From positions 1 through 32,000 of the forward strand of contig BX248583.1 in NCBI GenBank assembly GCA_000043285.1: a stretch of 32,000 bases of DNA, written 5' to 3'. Position 1 is the stretch's first letter. Each line of letters begins with the position of its first letter. The position numbers and the translations under genes are program-made. This document shows positions 1 to 14,000 of the stretch, one piece after another. Under the pieces are notes generated by a model that was not told the DNA's origin, made no database searches, and saw only the letters and a program-made list of their open reading frames with translations. Source of the stretch: Candidatus Blochmanniella floridana (lineage in GTDB: Bacteria > Pseudomonadota > Gammaproteobacteria > Enterobacterales > Enterobacteriaceae).

Positions 1-1905
1 ATGTCTGATTTATCAAATTTTGATGTTATTATTGTTGGAGGGGGTCATGCTGGAACGGAATCAGCATTAGCTTCATCTAGAATGAAATGTAAAACTTTAT
101 TGATTACACATAATGTAGATACCATTGGTCAAATGTCTTGTAATCCGTCAATTGGTGGAATTGGTAAAGGACATTTGGTAAAAGAAGTAGATGCAATGGG
201 TGGTATTATGGCTAAGGCAATCGATCAATCTGGAATTCAATTTAGAATTTTAAATACTAGAAAAGGAGCTGCAGTTAAATCTACTAGAGCTCAGGCGGAT
301 AAGATTTTGTATCGACAAGCGATACGTCATGCATTAGAAATTCAAGATTCTTTATTTATTTTACAAGCATCAGTGGAAGATTTAATAATTAAACAAAATA
401 AAGTTATAGGGGTTGTTATTCCTAAAATAGCAATAGAGATTTATGCGAAGTCTGTTGTATTAACAACAGGAACTTTTTTGAATGGTAAAATTCATATTGG
501 AATGAATAATTTTAAAGGAGGAAGATCAGGGGATTTAGAATCATCATCATCTTTATCTCAGAAATTACGTGATTTATCCTTTCGAATAAATCGACTTAAA
601 ACAGGTACTTCTCCTAGAATTCATGCTAAAGGAGTAAATTTTGATTGTATGTCTGTTCAAAATAGTGATTCTCCGCTTCCTGTTTTTTCTTTTACAGGTT
701 CATTTGAACAGCATCCTAAACAAATTCCATGTTATAGTACTTATACGAATAAGAAAACTCATGATATAATCAGATTAAATTTAAATCAAAGTCCTGTATA
801 TTCAGGATTGATAAATGGTATTTCTCCTCGTTATTGCCCATCCATTGAAGATAAAGTAGTTCGTTTTTCTGACCGAGATGCTCATCAAGTTTTTTTAGAA
901 CCCGAGGGATTAACGACATCAGAAATTTATGTAAATGGTGTTTCTACTAGTTTACCATTTAATATCCAAACAGAAATAATTCATTCAATTTTTGGATTAG
1001 AAAATGCTCATATTATTAGACCAGGATACGCTATTGAATATGATTTTTTTGATCCTAGAGATTTAAAATTAACCTTGGAAAGTAAATTTATTTCAGGTTT
1101 ATTTCTTTCGGGCCAAATTAATGGAACTACGGGTTATGAGGAAGCTGCTGCGCAAGGTATATTGGCAGGTATTAATGCAGCTAGATATGTTCAAAATAAA
1201 CCAGGGTGGTATCCAAGACGAGATCAGGCGTATTTAGGGGTTTTGGTAGATGATTTATGTACATATGGAACAAAAGAACCGTATCGTATGTTTACTTCTA
1301 GATCAGAATATCGTTTATCTTTAAGGGAGGATAATGCTGATTTAAGATTAACTACTGTTGCTAGAGAGTTTGGTTTAATTGATGATAATAGATGGAGAAT
1401 TTTTTGTTTAAAACAGGAAAATATTGAGAAAGAACGTCAGAGATTAAGGAATACTTATATTTTTCCATATAGCGAAGATATTGTACAATTAAATCGTTTT
1501 TTAAATTCTCCTATAAAGAATAAGGTAAGTGGGGAGGATTTGTTAAAGAGACCGGAGATGAATTATGTGAAATTGATGCAATTAAATACTTTTCAATCAG
1601 TAAAATTAGATTATCAAGTATTTGAACAAGTTGAAATTCAGATTAAATATTCAGGATATTTATTACGTCAACAAGAAGAAATTAAAAAATATTTGTATTA
1701 TGAAAATACATTACTTCCTATTGATATCAATTATCATGATATTGCTGGATTATCTAAAGAGGTAATTGATAAATTTAATGATTGTAGACCATATTCTATT
1801 GGACAAGCTTCTCGTATACCTGGAGTTACTCCGGCAGCTATTTCTAATGTATTAATTTGGTTGAAAAAACAAGGTTTATTAAAAAAGAACGTAAAATGTA
1901 CATGA
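1..1905 (+). CDS. mnmG: tRNA uridine 5-carboxymethylaminomethyl modification enzyme MnmG (GidA)
   Basis: A 634-aa ORF starts at base 1 with ATG. It has the N-terminal FAD-binding motif [12 protein letters not shown] and the conserved [16 protein letters not shown]. It is colinear with E. coli MnmG (~629 aa) and sits directly upstream of the atp operon, as in enterobacteria. Confidence 0.97.
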   Translation: MSDLSNFDVIIVGGGHAGTESALASSRMKCKTLLITHNVDTIGQMSCNPSIGGIGKGHLVKEVDAMGGIMAKAIDQSGIQFRILNTRKGAAVKSTRAQADKILYRQAIRHALEIQDSLFILQASVEDLIIKQNKVIGVVIPKIAIEIYAKSVVLTTGTFLNGKIHIGMNNFKGGRSGDLESSSSLSQKLRDLSFRINRLKTGTSPRIHAKGVNFDCMSVQNSDSPLPVFSFTGSFEQHPKQIPCYSTYTNKKTHDIIRLNLNQSPVYSGLINGISPRYCPSIEDKVVRFSDRDAHQVFLEPEGLTTSEIYVNGVSTSLPFNIQTEIIHSIFGLENAHIIRPGYAIEYDFFDPRDLKLTLESKFISGLFLSGQINGTTGYEEAAAQGILAGINAARYVQNKPGWYPRRDQAYLGVLVDDLCTYGTKEPYRMFTSRSEYRLSLREDNADLRLTTVAREFGLIDDNRWRIFCLKQENIEKERQRLRNTYIFPYSEDIVQLNRFLNSPIKNKVSGEDLLKRPEMNYVKLMQLNTFQSVKLDYQVFEQVEIQIKYSGYLLRQQEEIKKYLYYENTLLPIDINYHDIAGLSKEVIDKFNDCRPYSIGQASRIPGVTPAAISNVLIWLKKQGLLKKNVKCT

Positions 1906-2284
1906 GTTATTGATATTGTAATATATGAAATAAGTATATGTTGACATGTATTATTATTTAAATTAAATGAAATTAAAAATTATAAAATTGGGAGAAATTT
2001 ATTATTTTAAAGTATGTTAAGTATTAAAAATATATCTTTATTAGGATGTATGTATTTGATATAGTATATATGTAAATGTGCTATGTGTATGTTTTTATGT
2101 AACGTATTTATTGAAATTTTTTGTTTAAATGAACGCGTTAATTTTAATAAAAATATATTTAAAGTGATTTGATGAGATTATTTGAGATATATTTGTTGAT
2201 TATTTGTCGAATTTTAATGTGATAGTAGTTACATAATCGAATATTACATAGTGCTTTATTTGTTGAGAATCTTATAATAATTAG

Positions 2285-3112
<828 letters not shown>

Positions 3113-3129
3113 TTTATGAGTGTTATTAA

Positions 3130-3420
<291 letters not shown>

Positions 3421-3489
3421 TGTTTTGTATTTCTATTGATTATATGCGTATTTTTTATTTTATTTACTGAATGATAAAGGTTATATATT

Positions 3490-3975
3490 GTGTATCTTAA
3501 TGCAACTATATTAGGTCAAGTTATTGCATTTATTTTATTTGTATGGTTTTGCATGAAATATGTGTGGAATCCATTGATGTCTGTTATAGAAGAACGTCAA
3601 AAGAAGATTATAGATAGTTTAGAATCAATTAAAACCTCTAAAATGGAATCTGAACGTATTCGCAATGAAGCATTAGCCTGTTTAAAACAGGCTCATATAA
3701 AATCAGAAGAGATAATAAAATATGCATACGAATGTAAGATGCAAATATTGCATACAGCACAGAATGAAGCGTATCAAGAACGAGATAAAATTTTATCTCA
3801 AACTCAGATACAAATTGATCAAGAAAGGGAACGAATAATTAGTGAATTAAGGAATCATGTGTCAAAACTCGTTATTGAGAGTACAGAAAAAGTTATTGAT
3901 ACATCTATCAATAAAATTATTGATTATGATTTTGTTGATAAAATCATTAAACAATTAAGTAATTATGAGGACTAA
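3490..3975 (+). CDS. atpF: F0F1 ATP synthase subunit b
   Basis: GTG start. The N-terminus [30 protein letters not shown] parallels E. coli b ([30 protein letters not shown]). A long charged coiled-coil region follows. Confidence 0.92.
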   Translation: [161 protein letters not shown]

Positions 3976-4521
3976 ATGTTGAAAAAATCGATTGTAGCTC
4001 ATGAATATGCGAAAGCTATATTCGATTTATCCATAGAACAAAATAATGTAGATCATTGGAGTATAGTTTTAGGTTTATTTTCTGAAATTAGTCAAAATAT
4101 TGTAGTTCGATCATTATGTCATAAATTGTTGTCTACAAACAAATTGTCAGAGATCTTTATTGATATTTGTGAATGTTTTCAGAATTCAGAACTTGATTTA
4201 TTTAGTCATAATCTTGTTTATATTATGTCAGAAAATAATCGTTTATTATTATTTCCAAAAGTTTTGGAAGAGTTTAATATATTAAGAAATATATATATGA
4301 GATTTATAGAAATAGAGGTAACTTCTGCAAAAAAATTAAGCAATGATCAGTTGCAAAAAATTTCAGATATGATGGAAAGACGTTTGTCTAAAAAAGTAAA
4401 AATTATATGCAATATAAATAGAGATATAATTGATGGTATAGTTATTCGTATAGAGGATACTGTAATTGATGGAAGTTTACAAGGACGAATATTACGTTTA
4501 AGTAATATTTTGAAATTTTAA
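3976..4521 (+). CDS. atpH: F0F1 ATP synthase subunit delta
   Basis: The 181-aa ORF abuts the atpF stop (TAA then ATG) and lies between atpF and atpA. The C-terminal DGIVIRIEDTVIDGSLQGRILRL resembles the conserved delta/OSCP tail. The N-terminal part is divergent. Confidence 0.85.
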   Translation: MLKKSIVAHEYAKAIFDLSIEQNNVDHWSIVLGLFSEISQNIVVRSLCHKLLSTNKLSEIFIDICECFQNSELDLFSHNLVYIMSENNRLLLFPKVLEEFNILRNIYMRFIEIEVTSAKKLSNDQLQKISDMMERRLSKKVKIICNINRDIIDGIVIRIEDTVIDGSLQGRILRLSNILKF

Positions 4522-4542
4522 TAATAGTTGGTATAAAAATTT

Positions 4543-6084
4543 ATGCGATTAAATGTAAATGAAATTAGTGATATAATACGAAATCGTATTAAACAATTAG
4601 ATATTGGATGTGAGACACGGAATGAAGGTACTATTACTTCAGTAGCTGATGGAGTAATTTATATACATGGTTTGTCTAATGTAATGCAAGGAGAAATGAT
4701 TGCTTTACCGTATAATAAGTTTGCTATTGCTTTGAATTTGGAGAGTAGTGCTACAGGTGCCATTGTTATGGGATCCTATGAGAATATATCTGAAGGTATG
4801 GTGGTAAAATGTACAGGAGATATTTTACGTGTTCCTGTAGGGCCTGAGTTATTAGGAAGGGTAGTAAATGCATTAGGAGTTCCTATAGATAATAAAGGGT
4901 TAATAAATTGTTCTAATTATTATCCTATAGAATCTGATGCTCCTGGGGTTATTGATCGACAATCTATAAATGAGCCTATACAAACTGGTTATAAATCTAT
5001 TGATTCTATGGTTCCAATTGGTAGAGGTCAAAGAGAATTAATTATAGGAGATAGGCAAACAGGTAAATCTGCTTTGGCTATTGATACTATTATTAACCAA
5101 AGTTGTAGTGGAGTGAAATGTATTTATGTTGCGATTGGTCAAAAAGCAACAACTGTAGTTAATGTAGTAAAAAAATTGGAAGAATATCATGCATTAGATA
5201 ATACTATTGTAATTTTAGCTTCAGCATCTGAATCTGCGATATTACAATATTTAGCTCCTTATTCTGGATGTGCAATGGGTGAATATTTTAGAAATAATGG
5301 GCAAGATGCTTTAATTGTGTATGATGACTTATCTAAGCAAGCTGTGGCTTATAGACAACTTTCTTTATTGTTAAGACGTCCTCCAGGACGAGAAGCATAT
5401 CCAGGAGATATATTTTATTTGCATTCTCGTTTATTAGAAAGATCTGCTAAAGTTAGATCCGAATATATTGAACGATGTACTCAGGGAAAAATAACAGGAA
5501 AAACTGGATCTTTAACTGCTTTACCTATAATTGAAACACAAGCAGGGGATGTGTCTGCATTTATACCAACTAATGTTATTTCTATAACTGATGGTCAAAT
5601 TTTTTTAGAATCTCAATTATTTAATGCTGGTGTTCGCCCAGCAATTAACCCTGGAATTTCCGTTTCTAGAGTAGGTGGATCAGCTCAAACTAAAATTATG
5701 AAAGTTCTTTCAGGTGGAATTAGAACTGCTCTAGCTCAGTATCGAGAATTAGCTGCTTTTTCTCAATTTTCTTCTGAATTAGATAATGTTACTCGTAAGC
5801 AGTTACAACATGGGCAAAAAGTAACAGAATTGCTAAAACAAAAACAGTATTCTTGTATGTCTGTTGCATGTCAAGCTATAATTTTATTTGCTGTTAGTTA
5901 TGGATATTTAGAAGATATTGAATTATCAAAAATTGGTGATTTTGAAGCTAAATTAATATCTTATTTGACATATCATGAGTTAGAATTAGTAAAACATATA
6001 AATATATATGGCTCATATGATTCCAATATAGAAAATAAGTTAAAAAATATTTTGGAAATGTTTAAATTAAATAAATTTAGTTAA
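4543..6084 (+). CDS. atpA: F0F1 ATP synthase subunit alpha
   Basis: 513 aa with Walker [14 protein letters not shown]. Highly conserved blocks include [29 protein letters not shown] and [26 protein letters not shown]. Confidence 0.98.
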   Translation: MRLNVNEISDIIRNRIKQLDIGCETRNEGTITSVADGVIYIHGLSNVMQGEMIALPYNKFAIALNLESSATGAIVMGSYENISEGMVVKCTGDILRVPVGPELLGRVVNALGVPIDNKGLINCSNYYPIESDAPGVIDRQSINEPIQTGYKSIDSMVPIGRGQRELIIGDRQTGKSALAIDTIINQSCSGVKCIYVAIGQKATTVVNVVKKLEEYHALDNTIVILASASESAILQYLAPYSGCAMGEYFRNNGQDALIVYDDLSKQAVAYRQLSLLLRRPPGREAYPGDIFYLHSRLLERSAKVRSEYIERCTQGKITGKTGSLTALPIIETQAGDVSAFIPTNVISITDGQIFLESQLFNAGVRPAINPGISVSRVGGSAQTKIMKVLSGGIRTALAQYRELAAFSQFSSELDNVTRKQLQHGQKVTELLKQKQYSCMSVACQAIILFAVSYGYLEDIELSKIGDFEAKLISYLTYHELELVKHINIYGSYDSNIENKLKNILEMFKLNKFS

Positions 6085-6109
6085 ATATTAAATAATATAA
6101 TTAATATAT

Positions 6110-6976
6110 ATGTCTAGTATTAAAGAAGTACGAGAAAAGATAGAAAGTATTCGTAATATACAAAAACTGTCAAAAGCAATGGAGATGATAGCAGCATCAA
6201 AGATGAAAAAGGCTCAAAGACTTATGTTAGTCAGTCAACCATATACGAAAGCTATTCGAAAGGTAATTGATCATATTTCTTTAGGAAAATTGGAATATAG
6301 ACATGTTTATTTAATGAATCGAGAAGTACGATCAGTTGGTTATTGGGTGATATCCAGTGATAGGGGATTAGCTGGTGGTCTGAATGTTAATGTGTTTAGA
6401 ATGTTATTAAATGATATAAGTCGATGGAATAAATTAAATGTAACGATTAAGTTAGCTATTATTGGATCTAAGGCTATTTCTTTTTTTAATTGTATTGATC
6501 CGAATATGATAGTGAGTTATGTATCTGGAATAGGAGATGTTCCGAAAATGTCGCAATTAATCGGTCTAGTAGGGACAATGTTGCAATTATATTGTAACGG
6601 TCAAGTAGATCGTTTATATCTAATTTATAATAAATTTATAAATACTTTGTCACAAGTTCCAAAAATTATACAAATTTTACCAATTTTTTCTGAAAGTAAT
6701 AATACATGTGTAACAAAACATTGGGATTATTTGTATGAACCTGATTCTAAAGTATTATTAGATACTTTATTGAATAGATATATTGAATCACAGGTTTATC
6801 AAGGAGTAGTTGAAAATTTAGCTAGTGAACAATCTGCACGTATGATAGCAATGAAAACAGCGTCAGATAATGGAGAAACTATTATTAAAGATTTACGAGT
6901 ATTTTATAATAAGTTAAGACAATCTAAAATTACACAAGAACTTGCGGAAATTATTTCAGGATCTTCTGTAATTTAA
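6110..6976 (+). CDS. atpG: F0F1 ATP synthase subunit gamma
   Basis: 288 aa with the typical gamma N-terminus (IKEVREKIESIRNIQKLSKAMEMIAASKMKKAQ) and C-terminal helix (RQSKITQELAEIISG). Position in the operon fits. Confidence 0.95.
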   Translation: MSSIKEVREKIESIRNIQKLSKAMEMIAASKMKKAQRLMLVSQPYTKAIRKVIDHISLGKLEYRHVYLMNREVRSVGYWVISSDRGLAGGLNVNVFRMLLNDISRWNKLNVTIKLAIIGSKAISFFNCIDPNMIVSYVSGIGDVPKMSQLIGLVGTMLQLYCNGQVDRLYLIYNKFINTLSQVPKIIQILPIFSESNNTCVTKHWDYLYEPDSKVLLDTLLNRYIESQVYQGVVENLASEQSARMIAMKTASDNGETIIKDLRVFYNKLRQSKITQELAEIISGSSVI

Positions 6977-6981
6977 TGTAA

Positions 6982-8400
<1,419 letters not shown>

Positions 8401-8459
8401 ATAATTGTAAATTGGTATTTTTTATATAAGTAATTCATAACTTACAGGTCATTGTACTT

Positions 8460-8876
8460 ATGATTGTTAATTCTTGTCAGTTAAATGTGGTTTCTGTTGA
8501 AAAAAGTATTTTCTCGGGCGTAATTAAGAAGATTTACGTTATGGGTGTAGAAGGAGAATTAGGTATTTTTCCAGGACATTCTCCATTACTGACATTGATA
8601 AAACCCGGTCTTTTAAAAATCTTTCAAGTATATAATAATGAATATTTATATTTATCTGGTGGTATATTGGAGGTACAACCAACGGTAATTACTATTTTAG
8701 CAGATGTTGCTATTCGAGCAAAAGATTTAGATGAGAAAAAAGTACGAGATTCTAAGCGTTTATCAGAAGAGAAAATAAAAAAAATGCGTCATGGAGATGT
8801 GGATTATATTAAGATTTCTATGGAAATATCTAAGGCTATTGCGCAACTTAGATTAATCGAATTAACTAAAAAATGA
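8460..8876 (+). CDS. atpC: F0F1 ATP synthase subunit epsilon
   Basis: 138 aa. Conserved blocks are [29 protein letters not shown] and the C-terminal [13 protein letters not shown], matching the E. coli epsilon tail AIAQLRVIELTKK. It is the last gene of the operon. Confidence 0.94.
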   Translation: MIVNSCQLNVVSVEKSIFSGVIKKIYVMGVEGELGIFPGHSPLLTLIKPGLLKIFQVYNNEYLYLSGGILEVQPTVITILADVAIRAKDLDEKKVRDSKRLSEEKIKKMRHGDVDYIKISMEISKAIAQLRLIELTKK

Positions 8877-9009
8877 TTCATGTGTTAAGTGTTTAGTATT
8901 ATGAATTTAGAAATGAAATATATGCTGAATTAGTGAATATTTTATGAATTGTATCAAATGATATTTTAATAATTTTAAATATATAAAATATTTATGGATA
9001 TTAAATTTT

Positions 9010-10407
9010 ATGTTACGTAAAAAATATAGTGTTATTATTCTTGCTGCTGGTCAAGGAAAAAGAATGTTATCTAGTATTCCTAAGGTTATGCATAAAATTG
9101 CTGGTAGGTCTATGTTACAGCATTTGATTGATTCTGTAAGTAAAATTAATATTCAGTCTATATATATAGTTTATAATGAATCACTTAGAGAATTTATTCC
9201 GACCATTTATAGTAATAAATGTACTATTTCGATTTATTGGGTACTACAAGAATCTGTAAGAGGTACAGGGTATGCGGTACAACAAGTTTTATCTATGATT
9301 CATGATGATAATGAAGATATTTTGATTTTGTATGGAGATGTGCCTTTGATTTCTGATAAGACATTAAACAATTTATGTCTGATGAAATCTAAATGTGATA
9401 TTGGGTTATTAACGGCGTATGTTAAAAATCCCCAAGGATATGGAAGAATTATACGTAATCAGTATGGAGATGTAGTAAGTATTATAGAAGATATTGATAT
9501 TGTTAATCAGAATGATAGAATAATAAAAGAAATCCATTCTGGAATTTTTATTTCTGTTTCAGGATACTTAAAAAGTTGGTTAAATTATTTAATTGAAAAT
9601 AATTTATGGTGTAATGAATTGTATTTAACAGCAATTATTGATATTGCGTATAAAAATAATTTTGTTATTAATGCTATTCATCCGGTAGATGTATGTGAAG
9701 TAATAGGAATAAATAATAAATCAGATCTTGTTAAAGCAGAAAGAGTATATCAAATAAAAGAAGCGCAAAAATTATTAGAATTAGGAGTAATGATATCAGA
9801 TTTAAATAGATTTGATTTAAGAGGAAAATTAGTGTGTGGAGAAGATGTATGTATTGATGTTAATGTAATTATTGAAGGTTGTGTGTCATTAGGCAATAGA
9901 GTAAAAATTGGGGCTAGTTGTATATTAAAAGATGTAGAAATTGGAGATGATGTGATTATTTATCCATTTTCTTTTATAGAAAATTCAAAAATACATTGTA
10001 AAAGTAAAATAGGACCATTCGCTCGGTTAAGGCCTGGTACTTGTTTACAAGAGCAGGTGCATATAGGAAATTTTGTTGAGTTAAAAAATATTAAATTGGG
10101 TAACAATTCAAAAGTTGGTCATCTGAGTTATTTAGGTGATGCTGATGTTGGTAATTACGTAAATATTGGCGCTGGGACGATTATTTGTAATTATAATGGT
10201 AAAACTAAGAATTATACTTGTATTGAAGATAATGTTTTTGTTGGAGCTGATAGCCAGTTAGTGGCTCCGATTACTATTGGTAAGAATGCAGTTATTGGAG
10301 CTGGAACTACAGTAACTCAAAATGTTGATAAGGATGATGTGATAATAAGTAGAGTGCGTCAATTTTCTATCGTAAATGATAAGGTAGATAAAAATAAGAA
10401 GAATTAA
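9010..10407 (+). CDS. glmU: bifunctional N-acetylglucosamine-1-phosphate uridyltransferase / glucosamine-1-phosphate acetyltransferase
   Basis: 465 aa. The N-terminal nucleotidyltransferase motif is [12 protein letters not shown] and LYGDVPLI follows. The C-terminal left-handed beta-helix hexapeptide repeats include [15 protein letters not shown] and NIGAGTI.CNY.G. It lies immediately downstream of atpC as in E. coli. Confidence 0.96.
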
Positions 10408-10536
10408 TTGTTTTACATAACAGTCAATTCAATTTTATATAATAAAATATATATAATGTGAATATATTATGTAAATATGGATATATATTTATGTATTGAT
10501 AATATAATTGTTTGAACAAATGCTAATAGTATGTTA

Positions 10537-11961
10537 TTATTTACCAATACAAAATGCCCTAAAAATTTCTTCCAATAAATCATCTGGGGTAAGTTTTCCA
10601 AAAATTTGAGCTAGTTCTTCGTGAGCTTTTTTTAGATCTTCAGCAAAACAATCATTGACAGTCATATTATACTGCAATTGAGTTTTCGCTGATAATAAAT
10701 ATTGAAAAACTTTTTGTAAAATTTTTAAATGTCGTTTTCTTGCTATAAAATTTCCTTGATTTTCTTCTACTGAAGAAAAATTTGAATTTTTATGTATTTG
10801 TAACATTGCACTATCGTATAGGTGTTTTTTTAATAAGTCTATTCCATGATTTAATAATGCAGATAATGTGATACATGCATATTTATTTGTTGTATCTATT
10901 CCGTTGTGTTCGAAACTTAAATCAGATTTATTACGTATAATTGTAATGAATACTGCTTCTATATTATTAGAAGATAATTCTTTTTTTAAAGAATTTATAA
11001 TATTGTTATAACTATTATTGTGAGAATAATCAGTAGAATCAATTACCCATAAGATATGATCTGCTTTGGAGAGTTCATATTTGGATTTTTGCATACCAAT
11101 TAATTCTATTTCATTAGTACTATTTTTTTTAAAACCTGCTGTGTCTATAATATGAAATGCTATTCCATTTAATTGTATATATTCATGTAATATGTCTCGT
11201 GTAGTGCCAGAGATATTACTAATAATTGCTCTATCCTTATTTATTAATGAGTTAAATAAACTAGATTTTCCAGCGTTTGGTTTTCCAGCAATTACCACTT
11301 TTATTCCATCTCTTAATAAAACACCAGAATGTGTTAATTTGCATATTTGATTTGTATTATCAATAATATTTTGTAGAGTGTTATAAATATGTTGATAGGA
11401 TATATCACTGATTTCTTGGTCTGAGAAATCCAGGGTTGATTCTATGTATGTTCGAAAATTAGTAATTTTATTTAAGATTATTCGTATTTGATTGGAAAAA
11501 TGTCCTTGTAAAGAATTGCAGGCAGATTTAGCTGCTTGATACGAAGTGGCGTTAATAATATCAGCTATTGATTCTGCTTGAATTAAATCAATTTTTTCAT
11601 TTAAAAATGCTCTTTCAGTGAATTCACCGGGATTTGCTAATCGTATTCTAGATGATATGTTTAAAATACGATCTAATAATAAGTCTAAAATCATTTGACC
11701 ACCATGTCCATGTATTTCTAATATATTTTCTCCTGTAAAAGAATGCGGTTCTGGAAAAAATAAAGTAATCACTTTTTCCATGATAGATCCATTATGATCT
11801 ATACATGTTAAGTATTCTGCTGTTCTAGGTTTCGGTATTTTATTGAACAATTTCATTGCAACTTCTGGTACTAATTTACCGGAAACACGAATTATTCCGA
11901 TTCCTCCTCGTCCTATTGGAGTAGATATAGCTGCAATTGTATCAATCTCGTTATTTTTCAT
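10537..11961 (-). CDS. mnmE: tRNA modification GTPase MnmE (TrmE/ThdF)
   Basis: 474 aa. G-domain motifs are GKPNAGKSSLFN (G1), DTAG (G3) and NKSD (G4). The diagnostic C-terminal FCIGK tetrapeptide is present. It lies downstream of yidC in the conserved rpmH-rnpA-yidD-yidC-mnmE cluster. Confidence 0.96.
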   Translation of the reverse strand: MKNNEIDTIAAISTPIGRGGIGIIRVSGKLVPEVAMKLFNKIPKPRTAEYLTCIDHNGSIMEKVITLFFPEPHSFTGENILEIHGHGGQMILDLLLDRILNISSRIRLANPGEFTERAFLNEKIDLIQAESIADIINATSYQAAKSACNSLQGHFSNQIRIILNKITNFRTYIESTLDFSDQEISDISYQHIYNTLQNIIDNTNQICKLTHSGVLLRDGIKVVIAGKPNAGKSSLFNSLINKDRAIISNISGTTRDILHEYIQLNGIAFHIIDTAGFKKNSTNEIELIGMQKSKYELSKADHILWVIDSTDYSHNNSYNNIINSLKKELSSNNIEAVFITIIRNKSDLSFEHNGIDTTNKYACITLSALLNHGIDLLKKHLYDSAMLQIHKNSNFSSVEENQGNFIARKRHLKILQKVFQYLLSAKTQLQYNMTVNDCFAEDLKKAHEELAQIFGKLTPDDLLEEIFRAFCIGK

Positions 11962-12063
11962 GTTAATGATAGATTATAATGCAATATATAATTTTTGTGT
12001 TTGTAAGTATATTATATGATTATTTTGTATTTAAGTTAGCTAAAAATTGATTTGATTCTGTTT

Positions 12064-13740
12064 TTATTTTTTGTTATGTAAACCTTTTTTTGATAAATCG
12101 TGATAAATAACTTGTTGTTGTATTATAGTAATAATATTACTGATAATATAGTATAATACTAATCCAGATGGAAACCATAAGAAAAATATGGTAAAGATTA
12201 CTAACATAATGTTCATTATTTTTTTTTGTATTGGATCAGTAATAGTAGTGGGAGATAATTTTTGTATAAAAAACATTGTTATACCCATAATAATTGGTAA
12301 AATATAATAAGGGTCTTGATCAGATAGATCTTTAATCCAAAATGCAAATTTTGCATGTCTCAATTCTACCGATTCTGATAACATATAATACAATGCTAAG
12401 AATATTGGCATTTGTATTAGTAAGGGTAAACAGCCTCCTAATGGGTTTACTTTTTCTTTTTTGTATAACTCTATAGTTTTTTGATGGTATTGGTATTTGT
12501 CATGTTTATATTCTTCCTGTATTGAAATTAATTTGGGTTGTAACATACGTATTTTTGCCATGGAAGTATATTGAGCTTTAGTTAATGGATACATTATTAG
12601 TCTTATAATTACTGTAATTAAAATAATTGATATACCCCAATTATCTATAGTATAGGTATGAATGAATTGTAATAGTTTAAATAGTGGATGAGAAATAAAC
12701 CATAACCATCCGTAATCAATTACTAAATCTAAATTAGGTGCTACTAGTTTCATATTATCTTGAATTTTAGGGCCCATCCATAAGATAGATTGTAGCTCGT
12801 TTTTTTTTCCAGGTGGAATATGTATAAAATCAGATTTAAATCCTATAGAAATATCGTGATTATTAAGATATGTGGTATAAAATGTATTGTCTTTAGGAGT
12901 AATTGGTAATAATGCTATTATAAAATATTTTTGTAGTAATGCAATCCATCCATTTGTACTATGAATATTTAAATTTGTGTGTTTTATATCTTTTAAGTTG
13001 TATTTTTGATATTTTTCTGTGTCTGTAGAGTATGCTGCTTCTTGATATGTATATAGTGGACAGTGATCATTATGTTTGGATTGAATAACATCAGAATGTA
13101 TAGATTGAATTAAGTTACCATATAATTTAATGTGTATTGGATAGGTACTTTGATTATCTATAATATAAGTTATATATATAGAATAATCATTTCGGTTAAG
13201 TAAATACCGTTTTGTATAGATAATGTTGTTAGGTCCTTGATATGTTAGATCAAATTGTAATTTATTTTCATTATTTTTAAGAATATATTCGCATTGGTTT
13301 GTTGTATTAGAGTAGTATAAGTAATGTTTTTTGTTTTTTTGATTTAAATCATTTGTAAAATACTCGTTGAGTGTTTCTATATCTATATATGCTTGGTATT
13401 TGTTTTCTTTTGATGTATGCAATAATTTTAATGGTTTTTGAGAATTTAAATTTTCTTGATAATTGTTTAAATATGCTTCTTCAATGTTTCCGCTATATGT
13501 ATTAATTTTTAATAAGAATACATCGGTTTTTATTGTGATGATATGAGAATAAGGATTATTAGTATGTGTGATTGGGGTATTTTGATTGGATTCATGTGAT
13601 TGTATTGAATATGGTTGTAGTGTTGAATGGTTATTTTCTATATTCAGGAGGTTAATATGATGTTCATCATCCCATATTTTCCATAATATAAATGATACAA
13701 TTAAAAAGACTATAATGAAAAAACTACGTTGTGACTCCAT
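12064..13740 (-). CDS. yidC: membrane protein insertase YidC
   Basis: 558 aa with an N-terminal TM helix, a large divergent periplasmic domain, and a conserved C-terminal 5-TM core (MYPLTKAQYTSMAKIRMLQPK, NPLGGCLPLLIQMPIFLALY, FFLWFPSGLVLYY). Confidence 0.96.
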   Translation of the reverse strand: MESQRSFFIIVFLIVSFILWKIWDDEHHINLLNIENNHSTLQPYSIQSHESNQNTPITHTNNPYSHIITIKTDVFLLKINTYSGNIEEAYLNNYQENLNSQKPLKLLHTSKENKYQAYIDIETLNEYFTNDLNQKNKKHYLYYSNTTNQCEYILKNNENKLQFDLTYQGPNNIIYTKRYLLNRNDYSIYITYIIDNQSTYPIHIKLYGNLIQSIHSDVIQSKHNDHCPLYTYQEAAYSTDTEKYQKYNLKDIKHTNLNIHSTNGWIALLQKYFIIALLPITPKDNTFYTTYLNNHDISIGFKSDFIHIPPGKKNELQSILWMGPKIQDNMKLVAPNLDLVIDYGWLWFISHPLFKLLQFIHTYTIDNWGISIILITVIIRLIMYPLTKAQYTSMAKIRMLQPKLISIQEEYKHDKYQYHQKTIELYKKEKVNPLGGCLPLLIQMPIFLALYYMLSESVELRHAKFAFWIKDLSDQDPYYILPIIMGITMFFIQKLSPTTITDPIQKKIMNIMLVIFTIFFLWFPSGLVLYYIISNIITIIQQQVIYHDLSKKGLHNKK

Positions 13741-13775
13741 ATTCCTTATATCCTCAACATTGTATGTTTAAAAAA

Positions 13776-14000
13776 TTATTGTGTGTTATCATTTTTATTA
13801 AAAGGGTGACATTTTAATATTCGTATACATGTTTTCCAACAACCTTTTAGTATACCAAAATTGCGTATTGAGTTAATTCCATATTGGGAACATGTTATTG
13901 AAAAACGACAATGATGACCTAATATTGGGCTAATTCCGATTTGATATATGTATATTAACCGTATTATGATTTTTGCTGATAATTTTGGTAGTGATACCAT
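13776..14000 (-). CDS. yidD: membrane protein insertion efficiency factor YidD
   Basis: 74 aa with the family signature YQIGISPILGHHCRFSITCSQYG (cf. E. coli [23 protein letters not shown]) and KCHPF. It lies between rnpA and yidC and overlaps the rnpA 3-prime end by 37 nt. Confidence 0.88.
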   Translation of the reverse strand: MVSLPKLSAKIIIRLIYIYQIGISPILGHHCRFSITCSQYGINSIRNFGILKGCWKTCIRILKCHPFNKNDNTQ

